DNA of 64,000 nucleotides. Origin: Bacteroidales bacterium (lineage in GTDB: Bacteria; Bacteroidota; Bacteroidia; Bacteroidales; F082). The stretch lies in NCBI GenBank assembly GCA_045648285.1, contig JAZRNQ010000170.1:1450-65449 (forward strand), in the 5' to 3' direction. The translations under genes were made by a program, and so were the position numbers. Position 1 is the stretch's first letter. Each line of letters begins with the position of its first letter. The notes under the pieces were generated by a model, which did no database searches, was not told the origin of the DNA, and saw only the letters and a program-made list of their open reading frames with translations. This document shows, piece after piece, positions 1 to 9,794 of the stretch.

Positions 1-129
1 GTTAAAAAAATGCTATGTATTTGAATTATATAAGGAAATAGCGAAAAACAACAAGGTAAAATCAAAGTTCATTCAGCCAAACTATTGGTTTGATTTAGGA
101 ACACAAGAACAATTAAAGGAGGCTTCATC

Positions 130-2964
130 ATGGCTTTTATCACAGAAATAGCAAATTACATCAAAGAGAACTATGATTTATCTAAAGAATCATTAACAAT
201 TATATTTCCTAATAAAAGAGCTGCTTTGAAATTAAGGACAGAATTGATTAACAGCAAATTCGAGAACAATATCTGGCTGCCTCAAATCCTTTCCATTCAA
301 GAAGCCATGTGCTCATGGAGCGGATTGCAACTGCTTGATAACATTGACATTATATTTGAGTTAATCAAGATTATCAATAAAACAGAAAAAATCTTCTCTA
401 ACGACATCTATGGTCTTGCATCACAGATGTTAAAAGATTTTGATGAAATTGACCAATATGCAGTAGATGCAAAAAATCTTTTTCAAAACACAAAAGATGC
501 AAAAGAAATAGACTTGCAATTTCTAAACGAGAACTATGAAATTGACAAGAAACACATTGAGTTTTTCTCTTCCTTAAACGAGTATTACGAATCGTTAAGA
601 AAGGTCTTACTTGAAAGTAATAGCGGTTATTATGGTTTGATTACTAGATACATATACGAATCAGATATTGATAAGCTTCGTGAAATGGTGGGCAACAGAA
701 AAATCATTTTCGCAGGCTTCAACGCTATGACTAAAACTGAAGAAGGTATCATTGTAAGGCTAATTCAAGAAAACATTGCTACTCTTTTATGGGATCTGGA
801 TGAATATTATTTCAACGACAGCAGACAAGAAGCAGGAATCTTCGCCAGAGAATTCTTCGAGAGAAACAAACACATACAATCTATAAAACGCAACTTCATA
901 GGTAAAAAACTTGTCAGTGACAAGAAAAACATAGACATCATTGGAGCTTCAGGAGCTGTAATTCAGACAAATGCACTGCAACTAGAACTTCACAAAGAGC
1001 CTAAAGATAGTGATAATGAAATCATTGTTCTATCTGATGAGTCAATGCTTATACCTGTATTAAACTGCATACCTAATGGTAAAGCTGAAGAAATGCAAGT
1101 CACTATGGGATTTCCATATTCCACAAGTATACTCAACCAGTTCTTGCAACATCTATTTGCTTTTCAAAAAAACATCAGAAACAAGGGTAAAGGAATATAT
1201 TTCTGGTCGCTAGTGAGATTGCTTGATTCGGAACTCGTCAAAATAATATTCACAAATGACGAACTGAAACATTTATTTAAATGGAAAAACGAAAACATAA
1301 AGAAATCAGCATATTACATCAATATAGAAGACTATATAAGCCTAGAAGGATATCACGACATATATGATTTCTTATGTCTTATATCAAAAAAATGGAGCTG
1401 CAATAACGAATGTATCTCTTCCATAAAATCATTGTTAAAAGCAATTTATAAGAAAGTCAAGATTAACGACAAGACCAATTTCATAAGCAATCAAATCAGT
1501 GTCGCCGGAAGAATCATCAACAAGATTGAAAAGCTTCTTGACAAATATGAAGAAATAATTCAAATCGCTGATATTGAGAATCTTTACAGACAATCATCAT
1601 CTGAGATGACTATAAATCTTAAAGGTAATTATGGCGGCTTGCAAATAATGGGTCTACTAGAAACAAGAAATCTTGATTTCAAGACAGTCCATATTCTAAG
1701 TGTCAACGAAGGCATTCTACCTCAGTCTAAAAATGCCAGCAGCCTGATTCCTTTCGATTTAAGAAAGCATTATGGATTGCCAACCTACAACAACAAGCAG
1801 GCTGTGTACGCATATCACTTCTACAGACTATTGCAAAACGCAGAAAACATCAAGATTTATTACAACACTTTGGCAGACGGCATGGGTGAAGGTGAATCCA
1901 GCAGATTTATAAAACAAATCTTACACGAGATGCCTTCAAAAAATCCTAATGTTGAGATAAATGAAAAGATTTACAAATCGCCAAGTAATAAGAACAAGGA
2001 GATCGAAAAGATAGAAGCTAAAAAGACAGACGAAGTATATGATAAAATCATAAAGAAATTATCATTTGTGTCAGAAGAAAAGAAGTCTGGACTATCCCCT
2101 ACTTCTATCTCTTGTTATCTGAAATGTCCACTCAAATTCTATCTGAAATACATAGAAAAGATTAACGATGACATACCACAGGAACTGATACAAAGCAATG
2201 TGATCGGAACCATCATCCATGCTGCATTAGAAAATCTATATAAATATTTTGGCAATGATGATATCACATTGGAAAGCTTCCAAGAAATATACGATAAATA
2301 TTTCAACGACGCTTTAAAGAAAGCGTTGGCAGACAACAACTTCCCTAACGGCTTGCCACATAGCGGATTCAATTATCTAAGTTCCAAAATGATGGACAAG
2401 ATGATTAAAAACTTCATCAATCAAGAAATCAAGTTTTTAAAGGCAAACAAGACCATGAAAATAATTGGTCTTGAAGAAAACCTCTTCACAAGCATCTACC
2501 TCCCTGAATACAAGATAAATGTAAACCTGACAGGTAATGCAGACAGAATAGACCAAGTCGGCAACACAATCAGAATCATCGATTATAAGAGTGGTTCTGT
2601 CAATGATAGCGATGTAGTTATTAAAAAGAATGTCAATGAACTTAAAGATTTGAGCGAGAAATCGCTGCAACTCTTGATATACAAATATTTATACAAGAAA
2701 GCGCATAACAATATCGCAGCAGAAAACATCGAACCTGGAATCATTGGTCTTAGAAAAATCAGTAAAGGAGTATTTTCTTTGTCGAACAACAGCACATTAT
2801 TCGAGGGTGAAAATTTGATAGAAGATTTCGAATCAAAACTTTCAGCCGTATACAATGAAATATTAAACAAAGACATACCGTTTACACAGACCGAAGATGA
2901 AAACAAATGTCTCAACTGCAGTTTCGTTGATATCTGCAAACGAAATCCTAAGAAGTATTTTTAA
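130..2964 (+). CDS. AddB-like PD-(D/E)XK helicase-nuclease subunit
   Basis: 944-aa ORF. The C-terminal part has a RecB-type nuclease motif (DRIDQ...RIIDYKSG). It also has a Cys pattern of one upstream Cys (SCYLKC) plus CLNCSFVDIC (CX2CX5C), typical of the AddB/RexB Fe-S nuclease domain. No Walker A seen, consistent with an inactivated helicase part. Confidence 0.65.
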   Translation: MAFITEIANYIKENYDLSKESLTIIFPNKRAALKLRTELINSKFENNIWLPQILSIQEAMCSWSGLQLLDNIDIIFELIKIINKTEKIFSNDIYGLASQMLKDFDEIDQYAVDAKNLFQNTKDAKEIDLQFLNENYEIDKKHIEFFSSLNEYYESLRKVLLESNSGYYGLITRYIYESDIDKLREMVGNRKIIFAGFNAMTKTEEGIIVRLIQENIATLLWDLDEYYFNDSRQEAGIFAREFFERNKHIQSIKRNFIGKKLVSDKKNIDIIGASGAVIQTNALQLELHKEPKDSDNEIIVLSDESMLIPVLNCIPNGKAEEMQVTMGFPYSTSILNQFLQHLFAFQKNIRNKGKGIYFWSLVRLLDSELVKIIFTNDELKHLFKWKNENIKKSAYYINIEDYISLEGYHDIYDFLCLISKKWSCNNECISSIKSLLKAIYKKVKINDKTNFISNQISVAGRIINKIEKLLDKYEEIIQIADIENLYRQSSSEMTINLKGNYGGLQIMGLLETRNLDFKTVHILSVNEGILPQSKNASSLIPFDLRKHYGLPTYNNKQAVYAYHFYRLLQNAENIKIYYNTLADGMGEGESSRFIKQILHEMPSKNPNVEINEKIYKSPSNKNKEIEKIEAKKTDEVYDKIIKKLSFVSEEKKSGLSPTSISCYLKCPLKFYLKYIEKINDDIPQELIQSNVIGTIIHAALENLYKYFGNDDITLESFQEIYDKYFNDALKKALADNNFPNGLPHSGFNYLSSKMMDKMIKNFINQEIKFLKANKTMKIIGLEENLFTSIYLPEYKINVNLTGNADRIDQVGNTIRIIDYKSGSVNDSDVVIKKNVNELKDLSEKSLQLLIYKYLYKKAHNNIAAENIEPGIIGLRKISKGVFSLSNNSTLFEGENLIEDFESKLSAVYNEILNKDIPFTQTEDENKCLNCSFVDICKRNPKKYF

Positions 2965-4009
2965 GGTCAATATAAACAGGTAGATGATCACTATATCCAC
3001 CTTGATATCTTGGTCCGATATAAGTCCTGAATAATTTCTTGCCACCATAAGTCTCGTCATTAACGAAAAGAAAATCATGATGAAAGATGGTGGCAGAATT
3101 ATTTATATAACTCAATGATTTTGAATCTTCATACAAACTATTACTGATAATAATCTGATCAAAAACCTGCCATCTATATTGATGTTTCAAAGTACCTTCA
3201 AATCCAAGATTATCTGCATCGACAAAAAGATTTATCAAGGTATCATTTACACGATTCCGTTCTGGCGGTTTTGCCTTTAAAACATTCAATATGCTGTTAT
3301 CCAAGGGAGTATCATTGAAGTCACCCATAATGACAATCTTTGGAATAGACTTATTGACATTTACCAAGGAATCCACTTTGCTTTTTAAAATATAAGCAGC
3401 CAACTCCCTAAGATAAATTGTCTCCTTTTCACCACCATAACGCGACGGCCAATGATTTACAAAGCAATGCAAGGTGTCACTCTTTCTATCATAAAACTTT
3501 GCATATAGAATGTCACGTGTCTTAAAATGCTTATTATCAGGATTTCGTATCTTAACGACTTCACTACTTATAAGCTGTAGCTTATCTATAGAATAAGCAA
3601 TAGCAACATCAATCCCTCGTCTATCGTCACCCTCGTAATGAATGACACGATAGTTATGATGTTTCAAGGGTGTTTCCTGAAACAACATTGTAGTGACGAA
3701 AGTATTTTCCAGTTCGCACATCCCCAAAATCGCCAGCGGTTCACCTTCTGAAAGAGACAGAAGAGTTTTATAAATATTGTTTCTTTTCTTGTAAAAACGC
3801 GACAAAGTCCAATGCTGACTACCATTTTCTGTGTATTCGTTATACGAACGTGTTGAATCGACATAAGGATCAAAGAAATTCTCTAGGTTCCAAAAGGCAA
3901 TCCTTAATGTATTGTCATCTTGCGAATGTAATGCACAAGACGTAACAAACTGAAATACAATTAAAAATAAAATAAAATGTAAAAATCTACTATTCATATT
4001 TAGTTTCAA
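2948..4009 (-). CDS. Endonuclease/exonuclease/phosphatase (EEP) family protein, secreted
   Basis: 353-aa ORF with an N-terminal signal-like hydrophobic segment. EEP motifs seen: LRIAFWNLENFFD, MGDFND and SDHLPV near the C-terminus. Convergent 17-nt overlap with the previous gene. Confidence 0.75.
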   Translation of the reverse strand: MKLNMNSRFLHFILFLIVFQFVTSCALHSQDDNTLRIAFWNLENFFDPYVDSTRSYNEYTENGSQHWTLSRFYKKRNNIYKTLLSLSEGEPLAILGMCELENTFVTTMLFQETPLKHHNYRVIHYEGDDRRGIDVAIAYSIDKLQLISSEVVKIRNPDNKHFKTRDILYAKFYDRKSDTLHCFVNHWPSRYGGEKETIYLRELAAYILKSKVDSLVNVNKSIPKIVIMGDFNDTPLDNSILNVLKAKPPERNRVNDTLINLFVDADNLGFEGTLKHQYRWQVFDQIIISNSLYEDSKSLSYINNSATIFHHDFLFVNDETYGGKKLFRTYIGPRYQGGYSDHLPVYIDLKNTS

Positions 4010-4097
4010 TTTTGGTTTGGATTACAAAAGTATATATTATTTTTTGATAAAAAAAATTTTCTGAGTATCTTTGTTGGCTTTTTAACATAAATTAATT

Positions 4098-5336
4098 ATG
4101 AAGTCACTATTTTTTAAGATTTCATGCATATTTTTATTAACACTTCTGCCTTTCAATCTGATATCGCAGGTAAAGATTGGTGTCACTATCAATGACATTA
4201 ACGATAGTGTTTTGTACCTAATAAAATATAAAAGTGAAAAGACTCAGATTGTAATAGATTCTAGTTCAGTATCTTCAAGTAATAAAACTTTCAGCTCACA
4301 AAAAAAATACGACGAAGGCATCTATGTTTTGGCTGACAGCAAACAACAGCCAGTTTTCGAGTTGCTTATAGGCAAAGACCAAAAATTTTCAATAACAGTC
4401 GAAAATCTAATGGATTTAAACACATACAAGATAAAAGGCTGCAAAGAGACTTCCGATTACTTTAAAGTATATTCAAAAACCATTCATGAAAACTTGTATA
4501 TCAGAGCATTAGAAAGCGAATTAAAGCACAATCCTGACAATGCAAAGAAAATAGATTCAATCAAAAAAGAACTTTATGAATATCAAGAATCTATGCTTAG
4601 AAGAAACAAGACATCATTTTTAAATACATATATAAAATTCATCAAGGAAAAACCCGTAACTCATTTTTTTGAAGACCTTCCTTTAAATGACATTCGCATT
4701 TTAAATTCACGACTTCTGAAAAACAAATTAGACGAATTTTTTAATAATTACATGTCAGAACAAAAGCCAGATGTCATTTGTCAAAATATAGATAATTTGA
4801 TTTCAAAAACCAGTGATTGTAAAGAAGTTAGAGATTATATACTTTGGCATTTATACTCAAAATATTTTAACAACGATTGGATTTATATCCATTTATCTGA
4901 CAATTATTTTTCAAAGCTAACAGTCAACAATTTAACAGAAAACATTAGAACTGAGATAATTAAACGAGCCAATGTATTAAGGAAGATAACTATTGGCAGC
5001 CCTGCCCCTACTTTCAAATACACAGACGAAAACGGCAATCTGATTAATTTGTCAGAAACAAACGGCAAACACGTTGTTTTGTTTTTCTATAAACCTGATT
5101 GTCAGAAATGTATAAGAGACAAGAGGATTTTGGAATTAGTAAAGAGAAGACAAAAAGATTTGACTATTTTACATATCAACATAAGCGAAGACAATTATTC
5201 CAATGTAAGTCAAGATATTATAAATCAATATGATATTACGACCACTCCTACTATTTATTTATTAGACAAGGATAAGAAAATAATTGCCAAGCATATTAAA
5301 GCAGAAGAAATTGAGTTTCATATAATTAAAAGATAA
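4098..5336 (+). CDS. Thioredoxin-fold (TlpA/AhpC-TSA-like) thiol-disulfide oxidoreductase with N-terminal accessory domain
   Basis: 412-aa ORF with an N-terminal signal peptide. The C-terminal part reads GSPAPTFKYTDENGNLINLSE..KHVVLFFYKPDCQKC (CxxC in a thioredoxin-like context). Confidence 0.7.
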   Translation: MKSLFFKISCIFLLTLLPFNLISQVKIGVTINDINDSVLYLIKYKSEKTQIVIDSSSVSSSNKTFSSQKKYDEGIYVLADSKQQPVFELLIGKDQKFSITVENLMDLNTYKIKGCKETSDYFKVYSKTIHENLYIRALESELKHNPDNAKKIDSIKKELYEYQESMLRRNKTSFLNTYIKFIKEKPVTHFFEDLPLNDIRILNSRLLKNKLDEFFNNYMSEQKPDVICQNIDNLISKTSDCKEVRDYILWHLYSKYFNNDWIYIHLSDNYFSKLTVNNLTENIRTEIIKRANVLRKITIGSPAPTFKYTDENGNLINLSETNGKHVVLFFYKPDCQKCIRDKRILELVKRRQKDLTILHINISEDNYSNVSQDIINQYDITTTPTIYLLDKDKKIIAKHIKAEEIEFHIIKR

Positions 5337-5340
5337 GAAG

Positions 5341-6846
5341 ATGAGTTTTTTGAAGAACGACACCATTTGTGCCATCGCTACAGCATCAGGAACAGCAGCA
5401 GTTTCAATGATTAGAATATCAGGAAAAGACAGTCACAAGATTACACTTTCGAGATTTGTCAGAAAGAAAGAATTGAAAATCAATGACATTGTTGCAAACA
5501 GAATGTATTATGGAGAGATTACCGATTTAGATGGTAAAATCATTGACGATGTGATGCTTACTTTCTTCAAAGCTCCACATTCATATACAGGCGAAGACTC
5601 TGCCGAGATAGTATGCCATGGCTCACCTTTCATTCAAAACAAGATTTTAGAAATCCTGATACAAAGCGGCGCACGATTGGCAGAAGCTGGCGAATACACC
5701 ATGAGAGCGTTTGTCAACAACAAAATGGATCTAACTCAGGCAGAAGCAGTTGCCGACCTCATCTCATCACAGAACGAGGCAGAACACCGCGTTGCGATGA
5801 ACCAGCTCAAAGGCGGATTCTCAAAAGAGCTGCAAGTATTGAGAAGCAAGCTGTTAGACCTCACCTCTTTGATGGAACTCGAACTCGACTTCAGTGAAGA
5901 AGACGTGGAATTCGCCGACCGCACGAAACTCAACAATTTGATTGAAGAAGCATCGACTCATATCAACAAACTCACTGATTCATTCAGACTTGGCAACACT
6001 ATCAAAAAAGGAACGCCTGTCGCAATAGTCGGTGACGCAAACGCTGGAAAGAGCACCCTGCTCAACGCCTTGCTCGGCGAAGAAAGAGCCATCGTCTCAG
6101 ACATAGCAGGAACGACCCGCGACACCATCGAAGAGACACTGAATATCAGCGGAAAGACATTCAGATTCATCGACACAGCAGGCATCAGAGAGACCGACGA
6201 CACAATTGAAAAAATCGGTATTGAGCGCGCTTTCAAGAAGATTTCAGAAGCCGACATAGTATTAGGACTTCTCGACTTGAAACAAAGTCAGGAAAAATAT
6301 TTCGAGTCAGCAAAATTCATCATTTCCAATGTTAACTTATTGAATCAAAAGCTAATATTGATATTCAACAAAGTCGATTTAAACGAACAAGCTTTGCAGA
6401 TGGACAGCGAGTTGGTTTTAAACAACTTACGTTCTGTCATTGAGAAAAACATTGAACAAAATGGTGGCTATATGCTTGACGAGTACAAATACAGCATCAC
6501 GGGACAAGACTGCCACGACATCAGAAACCTCATCAAATACGACTTCATCTCAGCGAAGAACGAAGAACACATCGAGAAGTTAAAGAAAGACATAGCATTC
6601 TACGGAAGAGACTTAGTCGTTGGCGAAAACGAGGTGTTAGTAACCAACTTACGCCATTACGAAGCCTTGGTAAAAGCAGCAGAGTCGTTGGTCAAGGTAA
6701 AGGAAGGATTAGATTTCGGCATCTCCACCGAGTTCGTTGCACAGGATTTAAAAGAAGTCTTATATTATTTAGGCAGCATCACTGGTGAAATCAGCAGTGG
6801 CGACGTGCTCAATAATATTTTTGGCAGATTCTGCATCGGGAAGTGA
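5341..6846 (+). CDS. mnmE: tRNA modification GTPase MnmE (TrmE)
   Basis: 501 aa. G1 GDANAGKSTLLNAL, G3 DTAGIRET, G4 NKVD, SAK, and the diagnostic C-terminal FCIGK. About 45 extra residues lie between NKVD and SAK compared with typical MnmE. Confidence 0.9.
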   Translation: MSFLKNDTICAIATASGTAAVSMIRISGKDSHKITLSRFVRKKELKINDIVANRMYYGEITDLDGKIIDDVMLTFFKAPHSYTGEDSAEIVCHGSPFIQNKILEILIQSGARLAEAGEYTMRAFVNNKMDLTQAEAVADLISSQNEAEHRVAMNQLKGGFSKELQVLRSKLLDLTSLMELELDFSEEDVEFADRTKLNNLIEEASTHINKLTDSFRLGNTIKKGTPVAIVGDANAGKSTLLNALLGEERAIVSDIAGTTRDTIEETLNISGKTFRFIDTAGIRETDDTIEKIGIERAFKKISEADIVLGLLDLKQSQEKYFESAKFIISNVNLLNQKLILIFNKVDLNEQALQMDSELVLNNLRSVIEKNIEQNGGYMLDEYKYSITGQDCHDIRNLIKYDFISAKNEEHIEKLKKDIAFYGRDLVVGENEVLVTNLRHYEALVKAAESLVKVKEGLDFGISTEFVAQDLKEVLYYLGSITGEISSGDVLNNIFGRFCIGK

Positions 6847-6993
6847 TTTCCAATTTTTTAAAACGAAATAACTACAACACAACCATAATAAAATCTCAAG
6901 TAAAACGAAAACAATCAACAACTTACAAAAAATACAACAAACACCACCCTTTTCGTTTTCTTGGAGATTATTTTACAATCTTTCAATGTTTTC

Positions 6994-7051
6994 TTGGTGC
7001 TATTTTGGTGCTAATAAATATGTAGCACCAAAATAGCACCAAAAGCACCAA
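6994..7051. repeat. Perfect 20-bp inverted repeat built from TTGGTGCTA units, just upstream of int
   Basis: 6994-7013 ttggtgctattttggtgcta, 9-nt spacer, then 7023-7042 tagcaccaaaatagcaccaa (exact reverse complement). A further gcaccaa copy sits at 7045-7051. That gives 2 forward and 3 reverse copies of the unit at 11-bp phasing, ending 22 nt before the int ATG. Confidence 0.85.
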
Positions 7052-7072
7052 ACAAACCATAACAACAACAAA

Positions 7073-8210
7073 ATGAACACTATCAACCTAAGGAAAAGGA
7101 CCATGCAGTCCGGAAACGTGTCCTTGTATCTTGCGATAACAAGGAACGGCAAACGAGAGTACGAGTATTTAAAGTTATACCTCGTGCCAGAATTAACCAA
7201 AGCAGACAAGAAAAAGAATGATGAAACGATGAAGCTCGCAGAAGCAATCAAGGCGAAACGCACCGTAGAACTCATGAACGGCGAATACGGATTCAAGCAG
7301 CATTACAAGACCGATACGCCTTTCTTCGAGTACTACTCTGCAATGTGCGAGAAGCGTTTCAACAACACTGAAAGCAGAGGCAACTGGGGAAACTGGTATT
7401 CCTGCCTTCATCATCTCCGCATCTACGAACATCGAGAGAACATCACTTTTGCAGAGATTGACCAGAAGTGGGTGCAGGGATTCAAGGACTATTTAGAGAC
7501 CAAAGCACTTGCATGGAGCAACGACAAGAAAAAAAGAACCAAGGAACAGCTTCTGTCCCGAAACTCCAAAGTGTCATACTTCGCCAAACTGCGTGCCTGT
7601 CTCAATCAGGCTTTTGAAGAGCGCATCATTCCAGTCAACCCATGCCGAGGCGTGACGAATTTCAAGGCGGAGGAAGGAACGAGAATGTATCTGACCGTTG
7701 AAGAGCTGAAACGGCTTGCTGATACTGACTGCATACAATACCCAGGAGTTAAGACAACATTCCTGTTTTCATGCCTTACAGGTTTGCGAAGAAGCGACAT
7801 CTTGAAGCTGACATGGAGCGAAGTTCACCAACAAGGAAATTTCACAAGACTTATCTTCAAACAAAAAAAAGACTGGCGGACTTGAATACCTCGACATAAA
7901 CCAGCAGGCTGTAGATCTGATGGGACCAAGAGGACAATCCGATGACTTCATATTTTCAGACATGCTGCCCGATATGGACTGCACAAACAAGACTCTGCAA
8001 TCATGGATGTACCGTGCAGGCATTGACAAGAAGATCACATTCCACTGCGGACGACATACTTTCGCTGTGATGATGCTTGACCTCGGCGCTGACATATACA
8101 CCGTGAGCAAGCTGCTCGGACACCGGCAGCTAACCACCACACAGATCTACGCCAAGGTCCTTGACAAGAACAAGCAGAATGCCGTATCTCGTATTCCAAG
8201 TATTTTTTGA
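7073..8210 (+). pseudogene. int: Tyrosine recombinase/integrase, split by a +1 frameshift in an A8 homopolymer
   Basis: ORF 7073-7885 ends ...LIFKQKKDWRT*. In the 7920 frame the reading continues upstream as KKTGGLEYLDINQQAVDLMGPRG. Removing one A from the A8 run (7863-7870) gives a continuous protein of about 378 aa. Catalytic R (GLRRSDIL) lies in part 1; HxxR (HCGRHTFA), H and Y (LLGHRQLTTTQIYAKV) lie in part 2. Confidence 0.8.
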
Positions 8211-8215
8211 ATCAT

Positions 8216-8256
8216 AAAAACCTGCAAAAAACTTTTCTTTTGTAGGTTTTTCTTTT
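8216..8256 (+). terminator. Rho-independent terminator after int
   Basis: aaacctgcaaaa (8218-8229) pairs with ttttgtaggttt (8238-8249) with one G-U pair. An 8-nt loop, then a T-rich tail. Confidence 0.6.
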
Positions 8257-8350
8257 GAAAATTCTATACCTATTTATTTTTTATTATTTTGATTCGCACA
8301 CGCCCGCAGTTGTAGTAGTAGATTAATTAATTTACTTTTCTTTTATAGCC

Positions 8351-8664
8351 AGAATGTATGATTTTCCCCAAAAAATTCATACATTTTAAACTAAAATGAT
8401 GTAATGATTCATACATTTTGGGGCAAAATGTATACATAATCAACTACATAGGATAATCATATTTTATATACTAATTTGCCTGAAAATGGCGTTTTTTGCC
8501 CTCAAATGTTAAATAATTGTTAAATAATCGCTTATTTTCGCTCTGTATTATGTAGGAATCATGTAGGAAAAACAAACCATAATGTATGCATTTTGACGCA
8601 AAATGTTGTAATTTTGGTTTAAAATGATGTAATGATGCTGTAATAATCAACCAAAATGTATGAA
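8351..8664. repeat. Iteron-like cluster of short direct and inverted repeats in a 0.5-kb non-coding region
   Basis: The motif AATGTATG(A/C) and its complement CATACATT occur at least 6 times: 8352, 8375-8387, 8407-8419, 8426, 8581, 8652-8664. A 17-bp direct repeat taaaatgatgtaatgat sits at 8392-8408 and 8620-8636. Tandem gttaaataat x2 lies near 8508-8530 and atgtaggaa x2 near 8549-8568. Confidence 0.6.
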
Positions 8665-8762
8665 TTATGTAATATAAGTGTGTAATTGTGTTTACATGTA
8701 CTCAGCATTTTCGCGAAGTCACGAAAATGATATTTTCTGCTATTCTTTGATAAATTAGCAAG

Positions 8763-8800
8763 AAAAAAAAGAACGAAACCCTGGGAAGGAATCGTTCTTT
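8763..8800 (-). terminator. Rho-independent terminator for the leftward gene ending at 8875
   Basis: On the minus strand: aaagaacga - loop - tcgttcttt followed by T8 (complement of the A-run at 8763-8770). Confidence 0.55.
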
Positions 8801-8874
8801 GAGTAATAAACATTAATAAACTATGAAAAAAAAAAGAATTGGCTTATCTAAAGTCTAAAGTAGAGGAAAATAGA

Positions 8875-9165
8875 CTATTTTCCCTCTTTCTCTCCCATCT
8901 CCCTTAATCTTGCAGATACAATATTAGTCTTAGACTTCACTTCTGCATTGACATCAACACTCTGTAATTTTGGTACGACATAAGCAGCGAGCTTCTCCAT
9001 TATATCTACCCTTTCTTTGGGTTTTAGTTGGTTGATGTCTTCTAATAACGTTTCAGAATTATAATAATCGTTAACGATCTTAGATATTGCCGTGCGAAGC
9101 GTACTGGTAGTTTTGTTAGGTGTACCTTTCTGTCTTCCTCCTGTTTTTTTTCCTTTGTTGTCCAT
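8875..9165 (-). CDS. Small basic phage protein (possible DNA-binding protein)
   Basis: ORF 8875-9192. The ATG at 9165 gives MDNKGKKTGGRQKGTPNKTT..., a basic N-terminus followed by a helical region. No family recognised. Confidence 0.5.
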   Translation of the reverse strand: MDNKGKKTGGRQKGTPNKTTSTLRTAISKIVNDYYNSETLLEDINQLKPKERVDIMEKLAAYVVPKLQSVDVNAEVKSKTNIVSARLREMGEKEGK

Positions 9166-9244
9166 AAGTAAAAAGTTAAACCAATGGTGCAAAATTAACT
9201 GAATAGATTTGCAATCTAAGTATAACTTTTAATCGATTACAAGT

Positions 9245-9790
9245 ATGATAACATTATGGATTGGTGCTGCCATCGGTGCAGGTATGAGTATCGCCGGCAG
9301 TATATATGGCGGTGTAAAGGCTTCCAAGGCTGCAAATGAAGCTGCCGATAAAATAGAGGAACAGAGAAAAAAGAACCAGGAATGGTACAACAGGCGATAC
9401 AACGAGGATGCCACACAACGTGGTGACGCACAGCGTATGCTTACCAGAACGGAAGAGCTAATAAGACAACGTAACAAAGCTGCGCAAGGCGCACAGGCGG
9501 TCATGGGTGGAACGTCCGATAGCATAGCGGCTTCTAAAGATGCTAACAACAAGGCTATATCTGATACTGCCGCCAACATTACAGCCAGTGCAGAGGCTCG
9601 TAAAGACGCTATCGAAGGTACATATATGCAAAATGACAATGCGTATAACGAACAAATGATTGGCGTTGACCAGGCTAAGGCACAAGCTATTGCAGGAGCT
9701 GTACAAGGTATTGCTAATGCAGGAGCTGATATCGCAGGAGCAACTTTTGATGTCAATAAGGATCCAAACATTAATCAGACTGGAGGATAA
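9245..9790 (+). CDS. Virion-associated protein with small-residue-rich N-terminal TM segment and Ala/Gln-rich helical body
   Basis: 181 aa. MITLWIGAAIGAGMSIAGSIYGG followed by a charged coiled region. Co-directional with, and immediately upstream of, the giant gene. The antisense 180-aa ORF is a low-complexity shadow. Confidence 0.55.
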   Translation: MITLWIGAAIGAGMSIAGSIYGGVKASKAANEAADKIEEQRKKNQEWYNRRYNEDATQRGDAQRMLTRTEELIRQRNKAAQGAQAVMGGTSDSIAASKDANNKAISDTAANITASAEARKDAIEGTYMQNDNAYNEQMIGVDQAKAQAIAGAVQGIANAGADIAGATFDVNKDPNINQTGG

Positions 9791-9794
9791 TAAT

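Noticed and set aside
6250-6560. Extra residues (about 45 aa) in MnmE between the NKVD and SAK motifs, in an AT-richer stretch
   Set aside because: This is probably a lineage-specific insertion in the G-domain. There are no repeats or mobile-element signatures around it, so I did not pursue it.
6847-7072. Search for an attL core repeated at the right end (62064-62100, 63378-63436, 63875-64000)
   Set aside because: I could find no convincing direct repeat by eye. The right prophage boundary probably lies beyond the window, so no att sites are annotated.
8619-8813. 64-aa minus-strand ORF in the iteron-like region
   Set aside because: It lies across the repeats and the predicted terminator hairpin. 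There is no upstream gene context and the peptide is implausible.
9229-9771. 180-aa minus-strand ORF antisense to the 9245-9790 gene
   Set aside because: It translates to a low-complexity Ala/Ser/Leu/Cys string typical of a shadow frame. The plus-strand product has charged helical character, is co-directional with its neighbours and is followed by a GGAGGA-led gene.
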